Shown piece after piece: positions 18,090-26,966 of a DNA stretch of 64,000 nt. The notes under the pieces are model-generated. The model was not told where the DNA came from and did no database searches. It worked only from the letters and a program-made list of their open reading frames with translations. A program made the position numbers and the translations under genes. The stretch is from Minisyncoccia bacterium (GTDB lineage: Bacteria; Patescibacteriota; Minisyncoccia; UBA6257; 2-01-FULL-56-20), in the NCBI GenBank assembly GCA_050008535.1, contig JBEKML010000001.1, forward strand, positions 66,246 through 130,245. Reading direction: 5' to 3'. The number at the start of each line of letters is the position of its first letter. Position 1 is the stretch's first letter.

Positions 18090-18207
18090 TCATTCGATTA
18101 GAGGTATACTGTAACTAATAGCAAAATGCCCTTATCGAGAGGGCATTTTGCTTGAAGAGGGAGTATTGGAACCCCCTTGTAACCAGAGTCATTCTATTAC
18201 GTTCTCT

Positions 18208-18753
18208 ATGTTAGACGGTGAGCAAAAACTCATAAAAGACGCCGTCCAGGGTAAATCCTCGGCGTTCGGCCCCCTTTACGACCACTACCAACCGATGATC
18301 TATCGGTTCGTGTTCGTGAAAGTGGGCAGACGTGAGGATGCCGAGGATATTACCCACCAGGTCTTCCTTGCGGCGTGGCAGAACATCGGGAGCTACAAGC
18401 ACCGCGGGCATCCGTTCTCAAGCTGGCTCTACCAGATCGCGCGCAACCAGGTGGTTGACCACTATCGCGCGAAGAAGAGCGAGGTCAGTTTGGAAAAAAT
18501 GGATCCGGAATATTTCGTCGCTCCTGCAACCGCCCATTTTGATCTTTCAACAAAGCTTGAAATGGAAAAGGTGCGCGTTGCGATCGCCGGGCTGAAACCC
18601 GACTATCAGGACGTAATCGTTCTGCGATTCATTGAAGACCTGCCACTGAAGGAAGCCGCTCACGTATTAGAAAAGTCCGAGGGTGCCGTGAAGCTCATGC
18701 AGCATCGGGCGATCAAAGAACTGCAGCGGATGTTAGAGCAACAAAAGAATTAA
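18208..18753 (+). CDS. ECF-type sigma-70 family sigma factor
   Basis: Region 2 reads ITHQVFLAAWQNIGSY. Region 4 reads LKEAAHVLEKSEGAVKLMQHRAIKEL. Start taken at the internal Met MLDGEQ at 18208. Confidence 0.8.
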   Translation: MLDGEQKLIKDAVQGKSSAFGPLYDHYQPMIYRFVFVKVGRREDAEDITHQVFLAAWQNIGSYKHRGHPFSSWLYQIARNQVVDHYRAKKSEVSLEKMDPEYFVAPATAHFDLSTKLEMEKVRVAIAGLKPDYQDVIVLRFIEDLPLKEAAHVLEKSEGAVKLMQHRAIKELQRMLEQQKN

Positions 18754-18756
18754 TCC

Positions 18757-19233
18757 ATGAATCTTTTTCAAATCCTCAAACAATTTAAAAACATAGAGCC
18801 GGATCCCGCGTTCAAGGAAACTTCCCGTCGGGCGATTTTAGCGTACAGGCCCGTGGCGCCCACGACGCATCTTTGGAGCGCACAGCGGACGCTTTGGAGG
18901 ATCATTGAAACGGGCGCTGCGGTGGCGCTCACCGGGTTTTTTGTACTCCTTATCACCGGAGCGTTCTCCGGTTCAAGGTTCGTCCCCGTTCAATATTCAG
19001 CCGTTGACCCCCAAAGTTTGCATGCGGAAGCCCAAGCAATCGACATTCAGATCCAGCTCGCGAATGTAACCTATGCGGAATCGGCGGTAGAATCCACTGT
19101 GCAGACCGCAGGGGGAAAGCTGCTGGGCAACCCAAAAAAGGCATCTTCTACCGCTCTCTCGGCAGCCAGGGGAACCACAGAAGCAACCTCAACGATAACC
19201 ATCGACCAAGCGCTTCAGGGACTCTCCCAGTAA
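18757..19233 (+). CDS. putative anti-sigma factor / single-TM protein
   Basis: It begins 3 nt after the sigma gene. Central TM segment AAVALTGFFVLLITGAF. Confidence 0.45.
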   Translation: MNLFQILKQFKNIEPDPAFKETSRRAILAYRPVAPTTHLWSAQRTLWRIIETGAAVALTGFFVLLITGAFSGSRFVPVQYSAVDPQSLHAEAQAIDIQIQLANVTYAESAVESTVQTAGGKLLGNPKKASSTALSAARGTTEATSTITIDQALQGLSQ

Positions 19234-19240
19234 CCCTATT

Positions 19241-19999
19241 GTGAAAAACCCACGAACCGTTTTTATCGTGTTCTTTCTCTTGCTCCCGCCGCTCGCGGGA
19301 ATTTTCCTTGGTTCCGTAAACACGGCGCGGGCCGCCGACAACTGCATCATCACCTCGTCCGATCTTGATGCCGTAACGGCAGCGGCGGCACAGGGACTTA
19401 TGGCGGAACTCGCCGCGCGGAGAGCACTCCTTACAAGAACGATTGCGTGCGCCAAAGCCGAAGCCCAATCGCTCCAAAACAATCTGAACGGCCTTTCGGT
19501 GAGCGACGACGAAAAAACGATCCGCGCGCAACTTTCAGATAGGTTGAATGACGCGATGAACTATTACGATCTTGAACTTGAGAAGGTCGGCGGCGCGGGC
19601 ATCACGGGGACCCAAATCATCGCAAAAGAGGTGTTTGCGTGGCGCGGAAACAATTACAACTTCCTTGCGGCGCAGGTGGCGAACTTCACCCTCTGGGTAA
19701 AAAGCCAAAATCTTTTTGAAACTGCTCTGGCTCGTCTCCGTTCCGTAGAAAGCATTGTCTCATTCCTTGAACAGGCCGGGGCCCAGAACGAACTGCGAAG
19801 CAATCTTGCAAGCGCCCAGGTCCTGGTTCAGGCCGCACGCAATAAAAACGATTCGGCGAGGAATGCCTTTCTCCAATCGCTCCCGCCGGACCAGACGCTC
19901 GCCCTCATCCAGCAATCGCTCCAATCCCTCTCGGATGCCTATCAAAAATTCTTTGACATAAGCACCGTCGTCCAGACGCTCCTGCCCATAAAGCCGTAA
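19241..19999 (+). CDS. secreted hypothetical protein
   Basis: Signal peptide, then a coiled-coil-like region rich in Ala, Gln and Leu. Confidence 0.55.
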   Translation: MKNPRTVFIVFFLLLPPLAGIFLGSVNTARAADNCIITSSDLDAVTAAAAQGLMAELAARRALLTRTIACAKAEAQSLQNNLNGLSVSDDEKTIRAQLSDRLNDAMNYYDLELEKVGGAGITGTQIIAKEVFAWRGNNYNFLAAQVANFTLWVKSQNLFETALARLRSVESIVSFLEQAGAQNELRSNLASAQVLVQAARNKNDSARNAFLQSLPPDQTLALIQQSLQSLSDAYQKFFDISTVVQTLLPIKP

Positions 20000-20003
20000 C
20001 AAG

Positions 20004-20036
20004 AAAGACCCCGCAACCGGCGGGGTCTTTCTTTGC
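20004..20036. terminator. Rho-independent terminator, usable in both directions
   Basis: 11-bp GC-rich stem aaagaccccgc/gcggggtcttt with a T-run after it. It lies between convergent genes (19241-19999 on + and hup on -). Confidence 0.7.
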
Positions 20037-20069
20037 AAACTTTTAGAGTAAAGGATCCTTTGCTTGCTC

Positions 20070-20345
20070 CTACAATACCGCTTCTTTGAGCAGCTTCCCT
20101 GCGCGGAACTTCGGCTTCACGGATGCCTTGATCTGTATCTTCTCGCCCGTTTTGGGGTTCCGGCCTTCGCGCGCAGCGCGCTTTGCCACACGGAACGTAC
20201 CGAAGCCCGTGATCGCCACCTCTTCGCCGTGGCTCATCGTCTTCACGATCGTGTCAAAAACGGCTTCTACTACCCGCTCCGCCGCTACCTTTGTCTCAAT
20301 CTCCGCGGCCTTCATCACAGCCTCAACCAATCCTTTTTTATTCAT
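20070..20345 (-). CDS. hup: DNA-binding protein HU
   Basis: 90 aa with GFGTFRV and RNPKTGE motifs. Confidence 0.9.
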   Translation of the reverse strand: MNKKGLVEAVMKAAEIETKVAAERVVEAVFDTIVKTMSHGEEVAITGFGTFRVAKRAAREGRNPKTGEKIQIKASVKPKFRAGKLLKEAVL

Positions 20346-20425
20346 TGATGATGGTTACGTTTTCCCGACCTTTGATATCAGTTCCCCATTAGTATAGCAA
20401 ATACAGGGGGAAAGAAGCAAAACGC

Positions 20426-20451
20426 AAAAGGCCCCCTCGCGGGGGCCTTTT
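20426..20451 (-). terminator. Rho-independent terminator after the large surface-protein gene
   Basis: Stem aaaaggccccc/gggggcctttt with a 4-nt loop. It has a T-run on the minus strand and an A-run on the plus strand. Confidence 0.7.
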
Positions 20452-20497
20452 GGTTTCCGCTCCGTCACAAGCGGAGGGAAAGTTCGTTCCCTATTCG

Positions 20498-23400
20498 TTA
20501 GTTGCCCAACGGGTAGGTCACGGAGTTCACGATGAGCGGGACGATCGCCGTCGGCAAGATAGTTGCCGGCGTCGATGAGGCGTCCAGCGCGTCGGTGTAC
20601 GAGACATCGCCAGCGTTCTGGATGTTCGCCGAGAGCGATTCTGCGGTGTTCGGAACCACAGAAGCGAGTTGGCTGTTTATCCGAAGCTGGAACGCGTACG
20701 GACTGCCGGCGGAAATCTGGAAACCGGTGTTGAACAACCAGGTCATCCATCCGCCCGTGGTCGTTGTCGCGTTCGTGGACGTCGCTTCACCAGCCGTTAC
20801 AACGTTGTTGCCGTTCGCGTCATAGAGCTGCGCGGACGCAAGAAGGGTTGTAGTGGCGCTCGAGGTGAATGCGCTGCCACCAAAGGTGATCGTGAGCTTG
20901 TTCAACGACACCGAACCGGCGCTGTTCGCCGTAAGAGTGACGCTGCCCAAGATATCAGGATTTGACTTCGAGTGGCTTGAGCCGCCGAGCGGAGTTACGC
21001 TCGCCGTAAGCACACTGCGCAATACCGTCACCGCGTTGCCCGTAGCGCCGGATACCGACGAAACGGTTGCAGTCCGGTTCGAGGTTGCCCCCAAAGCCGT
21101 CACTGCGGTCGTCGTTGCAACACTGAACGTGTGGCCCGACGCATCTGTCGCACCAGCAGAGTAATAGGTCGCCGCATCACCTTTCAGAGTGAGCGAGACC
21201 GAATTTGCCTGCGGAACGATGACTGGATTCGCGAAGTGGAACCCGTAGTTGTAGGTCGAACTGCCGCCGCCGTTCGCGAAAACTCCCGAGGCGGCCGTAA
21301 CGCCGGTGACACCCGGAATTACTAAGTAGCTAAAGCCATTACCGACTACACCTGGGGTGACCGCGGTAAGTACCACCGCGTTGCCAGTGGTAGAAGCAGC
21401 CGTTATGCCGAGACCAGTCGCACCATTGACAGCTGCAGCGATGGCTGCTGCCACCGTTGAGCTCGTTGATCCCGTACCGAGCGATGCTGTGTATACCGTG
21501 GTAGAACCATTACCAAAGCCAATGGTAAGACCAATGGTTCCGGTAGCGGTCGTCGAAGCAACAGCAGTCTGAATGCCTAAGGCCGTGGCAGTAATGGTTG
21601 AGCTTGCCGCCACATTGGTCGCGGTCCCTGTTGAAGATGCGGTACCGGCTGTGCCGAGGTTTGTGGAACCGCTCCACAAGCTAAGGTTGCTGAACGCCGC
21701 TTTCGCGTTCGGAGCAGCCGTGTCGGTCACCGTAAAGTCAGTCACCTTCACATTTTCAACGTTGGACGTTTCCGTGAGGCGGAAGATGCCAAGGGTGTTA
21801 CCCGTGGAACCCATCACAACCAAACCCGCCGGAGGCTCCGTAGAATCAGCGCTAACTGCGATCGTCGCTGCGCCCGCGAAGGTCAGATTCTGGCCGTTCA
21901 CGGAGTTCGCCAAGCTGACCGCAGCATTGGAGACAAGACCCGTACCGGAGAGAGCCGTAAGGATGGTCGCCGGAGCAATAAGGGTACCCGTCGCCGCTGA
22001 AGAAAGGGTGTCTGCGTAGACATCCACGCTCACTGTGGTGCCAGCAGGAACCGTGAAGGGTGATCCCGAGAACGCGTAGGCCGTTCCTCCCGTTACCACA
22101 CCCACCGTTGTGCCGAACTGCACACCACCGACTTTAACTCTCAAGTTCTGGAAGTATGAGCTGCTCGCCTGAATGCTCAGGTTAGAGATGCTCACGCCTT
22201 CAGCCGAGGACGCCGTAAGAGCGTACGAACCGATTTTCTGGTTTGTCACGCCCGCCGAAACGCTCTGGTTGCCCATTGCATTGTTCTGTCCAACGGTAAG
22301 GTTGGAAGAAGCAAGCGAAAGGGCGCTGCCCTGCGCGCCAGCAGAAGAGACCGTCTGACTCGAGATCAAGCCCTGCAAGTTGCCGGAGTTGCCCGTCAGG
22401 CTCGCAGTGAGAGTCGAGAAGTCCGCCGTGGTCTGTATATCGGCCTTAAGCGAAAGGACGCGAGTCGTGTTCGCCGGGACAATATAATTGATCGGTGATG
22501 CCGATGTGCCGAAGCAATCGTACACAACAGATCCAGTAGCGGCGCCGTTCCACGGGAGAGCGCTTGTGCCAGCCGACACGGGTGTGCCGTTGTTGTCGCA
22601 AGCGTTGCCTGATGGAGGCGTGTTAACGGTGCTGCCCACCTGACCACCCGCGTCGTCCGCCAAAGAGATATTTCTTACCTCATTGGAGAGCGTCGTGGTA
22701 GCGGCGCCGAAGGTGAGCGCGAAGGTCAGGAATTTGATCTTGACCGGCTCGCCTGCAGCGTAGACGTCAAACTTCGCAAGGGTGATTTGTGATTGTCCCT
22801 TTGCGATGTTGCCCGTCGGGGTCGCAGAGTCCTGCGTAACGGTGATCTGACCCTTTTGGATCGTCACCAGTTCCGAGGAAGCTGTGCCGCCGTTGTTTGC
22901 CACTGTAATCGGGACGTTGTACTGGCTGTCAACCGCGAGGACGTCGTAGGCGTTCAGGATCTCAAACTGGAAGTTATAGGAAGGAGATCCCGCAACGTCT
23001 GCAAAGACCTGGATGTTGTTGGAGCCGGTGTTCAACTGGCCCGGGGCGGCGGAGGCATCAAAGTAGGCCGTGCCGTCCTGGTTAACCGTAGCCAGGGTAG
23101 CGCCCACCTGCGTGCCATTCACCATGAGCTTCACGTTCCGGATGTCGCCTTTGTTGGCGGAACCGATAACGCGGAAGTTCAATCCTTTGAGCCAAACCTT
23201 GCTGTTTCCGCCCGCGAAGCTCCAGGCGCCAACAAGGTTATTCTGCGTACCTGCCGTCACCGATGTGCCGATCGCGGAAGACGCAATCGTCAATGTGGCG
23301 AGACAGGGGTTTGAAACGGTCGTCACCGTAAAGGTGCTGCCACTCGTCGGGAACACGCCTGCTGGGGTTACCGCATTGCCCGAAGCGTCCGTCGCCGTAA

Positions 23401-24286
23401 CGTCGGATGCAGCGTTCAATGAGAAGCCCGTGGTGTTGCCGGCAGAAAGTCCGCCCGCAACGTCAATCGCAAGCGTAAGATTCACCGTTTGACCAGCAGG
23501 AATGGAAAGGTTCATGCCGTTAAAGCTTACAACTCCATTAGAGATCGAGTTGTATTGCGCGAGTACTTTCCCATTCTGCGTCAAATACGCACCCGAAACA
23601 GAGCTGTCCGCCAAGACGCCCGTCTTGTGGAAGTTCACCGACGAGAGCGTTACCGCTCCGGAGTTCCCCGCGGTGAAGCTCACCGCGAAGACCGGGACCC
23701 GGGCCGCGCCCGTGGAACCCGTGCCACAAGAAGCGCTGTTGCTCGTAATGAGCGAACCAGCCGCCGGGTTGTTGGCCGCCATGCTGACCGCGAGGCCAGT
23801 CGCAGGAGCAACTACCGGCGGAATTCCGGGAGTACCAGGAGTGCCGGGAGTACCAGGGTTGCCAACCGCCATAGAATTCACGAATGCCCTGGTTTTAGGA
23901 CCAAAGTATCCGGCTGTAGGAGAGATACCGCTTGCCGCCTGGAATTTTCCGAGCGCCGCCTGGGTCAAAGACCCAAAGTAGCCCGTCGGAGCCGAAACGG
24001 CAGTGAGGTATCCCCTATTGATCAGGAGCTGTTGGAGCGCGGTTACATCATCGCCCCTTGAACCCACGGTGAGGTCGCGGGTGAAAGAGTACGAGGACGT
24101 GAAGCCCGTGCCCTGCGTGCTTCCCAATTGTGCCTGCAGCTGTTGGATCTGCGCGAGCAAAGCCGTGATCTGAGCCTGAAGGCCAGATGCGGTCTGTGCG
24201 TTCGCGAGAGGCAACGCAGCGAGTCCTACGCCCCACAGAATGGTGGTAGCAGTAAGGACTGCAGAAACTAATTTCTTACTATTCAT
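20498..24286 (-). CDS. giant exported surface protein (1262 aa) with N-terminal peptidoglycan-binding domain and Ser/Thr/Ala/Gly-rich beta-repeat body
   Basis: Signal peptide. A coiled Q-rich segment. A PG_binding_1-like motif reads DDVTALQQLLINRGYL...GYFGSLTQAALGKFQ. A G(T)PGTPGTPGIP linker follows, then about 1000 aa of low-complexity repeats. Confidence 0.8.
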   Translation of the reverse strand: MNSKKLVSAVLTATTILWGVGLAALPLANAQTASGLQAQITALLAQIQQLQAQLGSTQGTGFTSSYSFTRDLTVGSRGDDVTALQQLLINRGYLTAVSAPTGYFGSLTQAALGKFQAASGISPTAGYFGPKTRAFVNSMAVGNPGTPGTPGTPGIPPVVAPATGLAVSMAANNPAAGSLITSNSASCGTGSTGAARVPVFAVSFTAGNSGAVTLSSVNFHKTGVLADSSVSGAYLTQNGKVLAQYNSISNGVVSFNGMNLSIPAGQTVNLTLAIDVAGGLSAGNTTGFSLNAASDVTATDASGNAVTPAGVFPTSGSTFTVTTVSNPCLATLTIASSAIGTSVTAGTQNNLVGAWSFAGGNSKVWLKGLNFRVIGSANKGDIRNVKLMVNGTQVGATLATVNQDGTAYFDASAAPGQLNTGSNNIQVFADVAGSPSYNFQFEILNAYDVLAVDSQYNVPITVANNGGTASSELVTIQKGQITVTQDSATPTGNIAKGQSQITLAKFDVYAAGEPVKIKFLTFALTFGAATTTLSNEVRNISLADDAGGQVGSTVNTPPSGNACDNNGTPVSAGTSALPWNGAATGSVVYDCFGTSASPINYIVPANTTRVLSLKADIQTTADFSTLTASLTGNSGNLQGLISSQTVSSAGAQGSALSLASSNLTVGQNNAMGNQSVSAGVTNQKIGSYALTASSAEGVSISNLSIQASSSYFQNLRVKVGGVQFGTTVGVVTGGTAYAFSGSPFTVPAGTTVSVDVYADTLSSAATGTLIAPATILTALSGTGLVSNAAVSLANSVNGQNLTFAGAATIAVSADSTEPPAGLVVMGSTGNTLGIFRLTETSNVENVKVTDFTVTDTAAPNAKAAFSNLSLWSGSTNLGTAGTASSTGTATNVAASSTITATALGIQTAVASTTATGTIGLTIGFGNGSTTVYTASLGTGSTSSTVAAAIAAAVNGATGLGITAASTTGNAVVLTAVTPGVVGNGFSYLVIPGVTGVTAASGVFANGGGSSTYNYGFHFANPVIVPQANSVSLTLKGDAATYYSAGATDASGHTFSVATTTAVTALGATSNRTATVSSVSGATGNAVTVLRSVLTASVTPLGGSSHSKSNPDILGSVTLTANSAGSVSLNKLTITFGGSAFTSSATTTLLASAQLYDANGNNVVTAGEATSTNATTTTGGWMTWLFNTGFQISAGSPYAFQLRINSQLASVVPNTAESLSANIQNAGDVSYTDALDASSTPATILPTAIVPLIVNSVTYPLGN

Positions 24287-24597
24287 TATTATTTTGATTT
24301 TTCGACAGTTTTGTTTTGATCTCGACCTTTGGAATCCATTATGGATTCAAAGACCGTCGACCTTTGGTTTTTGTGCTTGTTCTGGAACCGCTTTCCCCAT
24401 CCTTATCCGCGATCGCCGTGAGGTTGCGACGGCGGGAAGAATGAAGAAGGCGGGATTGATATCTTGTGGATAAAAAAGAAAAAACCCGCTTTTTGGGCGA
24501 GGCTGGGGCTACCACAAAGAAACACAAGGGAAAACCAATTGGCCCAGCCTCACACTGAACCTTTACAGTTAATTATAACGCAAAAGCCCTGGAAAGG

Positions 24598-25254
24598 TTA
24601 CCCCGCCGGAGCTCTGGGGATATCTTGTTTTACCCTGTAAAACACAGAAGGGCCACCGCCTCCTATTCTTTCTACGAGGCTTTGTTCGAGAAGGGCCTGG
24701 AGATCATATCTGATCGTCCTTTCACTGCAATCCGGAAAAAGTTCCTGTATATCTTTAATCCGGCAATTGCCGGATTGCCGGATTTTCTCTAAAATTGCCG
24801 CTTGCCGAGCTGTAGCTCTTTCGCCGCCATTCCCTTCGTTGCTATCAACCTCAGCGGTAGTCTCAATTTCTTTTGCCGGTTGTCTTTGCCGCTTTGCCGT
24901 ATGGTTTGCCGGAAACAATTCCCCGTGTCCAGAAAAAATATCGTCTAAAAAGACTTCCTCTGTGTTTACAGCTTTCTCTGGTCCGGCAATTGCCGCATTC
25001 ATCGATGCAAGCTGTGAAATGATAATTTCTTTATTCGCTTCATGGATCAACCCAACGTCCCCGCCAAATCTCACCAAGTACTCAATCGCCCTGGAAACCG
25101 TGCTCACCCATGCATAATTCTCTACCGTTGCCGCATCTAAAAGCGACAAGGCCTGGCGCTCAAGGTGCTCTTTTAGAGGGCTGCTTGCCGTCCGGGACCC
25201 GATCCGGAAAACCGCATAGCTGATTTCGTAGGCCTTCTTCAGAACAAACTGCAT
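24598..25254 (-). CDS. DeoR-type HTH transcriptional regulator with four-helix-bundle-like N-domain
   Basis: C-terminal DeoR HTH ERTIRYDLQALLEQSLVERIGGG. Start taken at MQFVL (25254). The track extends it to 25302 over motif repeats. Confidence 0.55.
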   Translation of the reverse strand: MQFVLKKAYEISYAVFRIGSRTASSPLKEHLERQALSLLDAATVENYAWVSTVSRAIEYLVRFGGDVGLIHEANKEIIISQLASMNAAIAGPEKAVNTEEVFLDDIFSGHGELFPANHTAKRQRQPAKEIETTAEVDSNEGNGGERATARQAAILEKIRQSGNCRIKDIQELFPDCSERTIRYDLQALLEQSLVERIGGGGPSVFYRVKQDIPRAPAG

Positions 25255-25316
25255 TTTGCCGGATTCCTTCATACGGCAAAGCATAATCCGGCAATGCGGC
25301 ATTCGTCAAGGTGCTA

Positions 25317-25386
25317 GGAGCAGGGAGAAGATGCTTTGAAATGAGCCCTTCTTAGTACTCATTTCAAAGCATCTTCTCCCTGCTCC
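25317..25386. repeat. hairpin repeat copy C (core forward at 25343-25360)
   Basis: The 26-bp perfect arms ggagcagggagaagatgctttgaaat/atttcaaagcatcttctccctgctcc directly flank GAGCCCTTCTTAGTACTC. Confidence 0.85.
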
Positions 25387-25403
25387 ATTGCCGCTTTGCC
25401 GGA

Positions 25404-26201
25404 TTACTTCTTTTGGAGAATTTTTTCCGCCTCTTGCAGTTTCTCTAACGTTCCGCAGTCTAGGCGGCGGCCGGGGAATTCCCATCCGTAAAGCTTCTTT
25501 TTGAGAACCAGGTCGATCTGCAGGGCAACCGCGAGGGGTAGGGCATCGTCCGCGACGACCGGGAGGGTATCCGCAACTATCTTTAGATTCCTCAGAATGT
25601 CGGGCGTGAGCACATATCCCCCGACGATTATAAGGTTAGAGGGCGCATCTTTCTTCTTTGGCTTCTCGATAATTTTTTTTATCTGGTATATCTTCCCGCC
25701 CCAAAAAGAACGGTACTTCCTCGTTTTTTTGAACCCGATCACTCCGAACCGTGAAACTTTGTTCTTTGGTACGCGCTCAAGGAGCACAATGGACGCCCGG
25801 TAACGGTCAAAAAGATCGAGCAAGCCGCGAAGAGCGGGGGGGTCCCCTAAAAGAATATCGTCGCAGAAACGTACCGCAAAAGGCTCATTTTCCACGATAT
25901 CATAGGCCTTTGTAAGAGCGTGACCGTTCCCGCCCGGCGTTTCCTGTACCCTTATAGAGAAAGTAAGGGTGGGAAATTTTTTCTGGTTCTTTTTTATATA
26001 TGCCCCAAAATCCTCACGATGTTTCGGGCTCACAATAAGCACTACCTCCTTTATCCCACAAGAAACCGCTTCTTCTAGTACGTATTCCAAGAGCGGTCTT
26101 CCATTCACCGGAATAAGGTTTTTAGGCATACGCTTGGTGAGGGGAAGTAGCCGCTTTCCCAGCCCAGCGATTGGCAGTATCAACTTAGTTACTCTAGGCA
26201 C
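25404..26201 (-). CDS. sugar-phosphate nucleotidyltransferase (GalU/RmlA-like)
   Basis: N-terminal LILPIAGLGKRLLPLTKRMPKNLIPV matches the NTP_transferase G-x-G-x-R-L motif. Confidence 0.75.
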   Translation of the reverse strand: MPRVTKLILPIAGLGKRLLPLTKRMPKNLIPVNGRPLLEYVLEEAVSCGIKEVVLIVSPKHREDFGAYIKKNQKKFPTLTFSIRVQETPGGNGHALTKAYDIVENEPFAVRFCDDILLGDPPALRGLLDLFDRYRASIVLLERVPKNKVSRFGVIGFKKTRKYRSFWGGKIYQIKKIIEKPKKKDAPSNLIIVGGYVLTPDILRNLKIVADTLPVVADDALPLAVALQIDLVLKKKLYGWEFPGRRLDCGTLEKLQEAEKILQKK

Positions 26202-26240
26202 GTAGAATATTGTAGTGCATCACCGTAAAAATAACAAAAG

Positions 26241-26966
26241 CTACAGCCCCCAGCGCGCCGAACCTAAAACGACAACAAAGAGGGTAAACACGGTCATGGC
26301 AGTGGTAAGGATCTTTGTGCGCGAGAGGCCCGTGGAGAAATGTTCCTGGAGAAGCTCGACAAGGAGAACGACCACAAGAAAGACCAGTGCGGACTGGTAA
26401 ATAAAATCGAGCGGGAGGAAAAGCCCTGCGATAAGCGTTTGGGCAAGAAGAAGGAACGAAAACCATCCAGCCATATGTTCCTCGCGGCGGCGAAAATGCG
26501 CCTCGACAGGCCCCTCGCCGCTCAACGCATCAAGAAAGCTCCGCACCAGGAGCGCGAGCGCGGCGGCGGCAAGGAATGCATACCAAAGCGCCCAACCCTC
26601 TATCCCCTCGTCAAATTTCATGTAAAAACCGCGCAGGAGCAGAAATGAGAGCGCAAGAACCAGAAGCTCGTACGCGGACCGCCGGTCGATCACAAGCAGG
26701 TCCTTGATAAGAAAGATTGCGTAGAAGATCGCGCCGAAAACCAGCACAAAAAGCGCGCTGGGGGGCTGTGTATAAGAGAGGACGAGAAGAACAAAAAAAG
26801 GAACGGCGAGCTTTCGGGATTGGAAGAGCGGGACAAAATAAAGGTAGAGCGCGACAAAAAAGAACAGCCAGAACGGGAGCCAAAACCACGCAAGCGCAAA
26901 AACGGCAGCCTTAAGAAGTAAAGACCAGTGAATCTGCCTTGAAATTGACTTTAACCTTGCCGCCAT
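26241..26966 (-). CDS. polytopic membrane hypothetical protein
   Basis: Very hydrophobic. The start is uncertain and the gene overlaps the 3' end of clpB in another frame. Confidence 0.45.
   Translation of the reverse strand: MAARLKSISRQIHWSLLLKAAVFALAWFWLPFWLFFFVALYLYFVPLFQSRKLAVPFFVLLVLSYTQPPSALFVLVFGAIFYAIFLIKDLLVIDRRSAYELLVLALSFLLLRGFYMKFDEGIEGWALWYAFLAAAALALLVRSFLDALSGEGPVEAHFRRREEHMAGWFSFLLLAQTLIAGLFLPLDFIYQSALVFLVVVLLVELLQEHFSTGLSRTKILTTAMTVFTLFVVVLGSARWGL

Noticed and set aside
20532-24061. Many plus-strand ORFs of 60 to 190 aa inside the giant surface-protein gene
   Set aside because: They lie antisense within a long, well-supported CDS in a GC-rich, low-complexity region. Their translations are Arg/Pro/Ala-rich nonsense, as is typical for antisense frames.
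25255-25302. 16-codon N-terminal extension of the DeoR-like regulator ORF
   Set aside because: It consists of translated TTGCCGGATT operator-like repeats. The Met at 25254 is preferred as the start.
26340-26914. Plus-strand ORFs of 65 to 102 aa rich in Lys, Arg and Glu
   Set aside because: They lie antisense inside the hydrophobic membrane-protein gene 26241-26966. They are typical mirror-frame artefacts.
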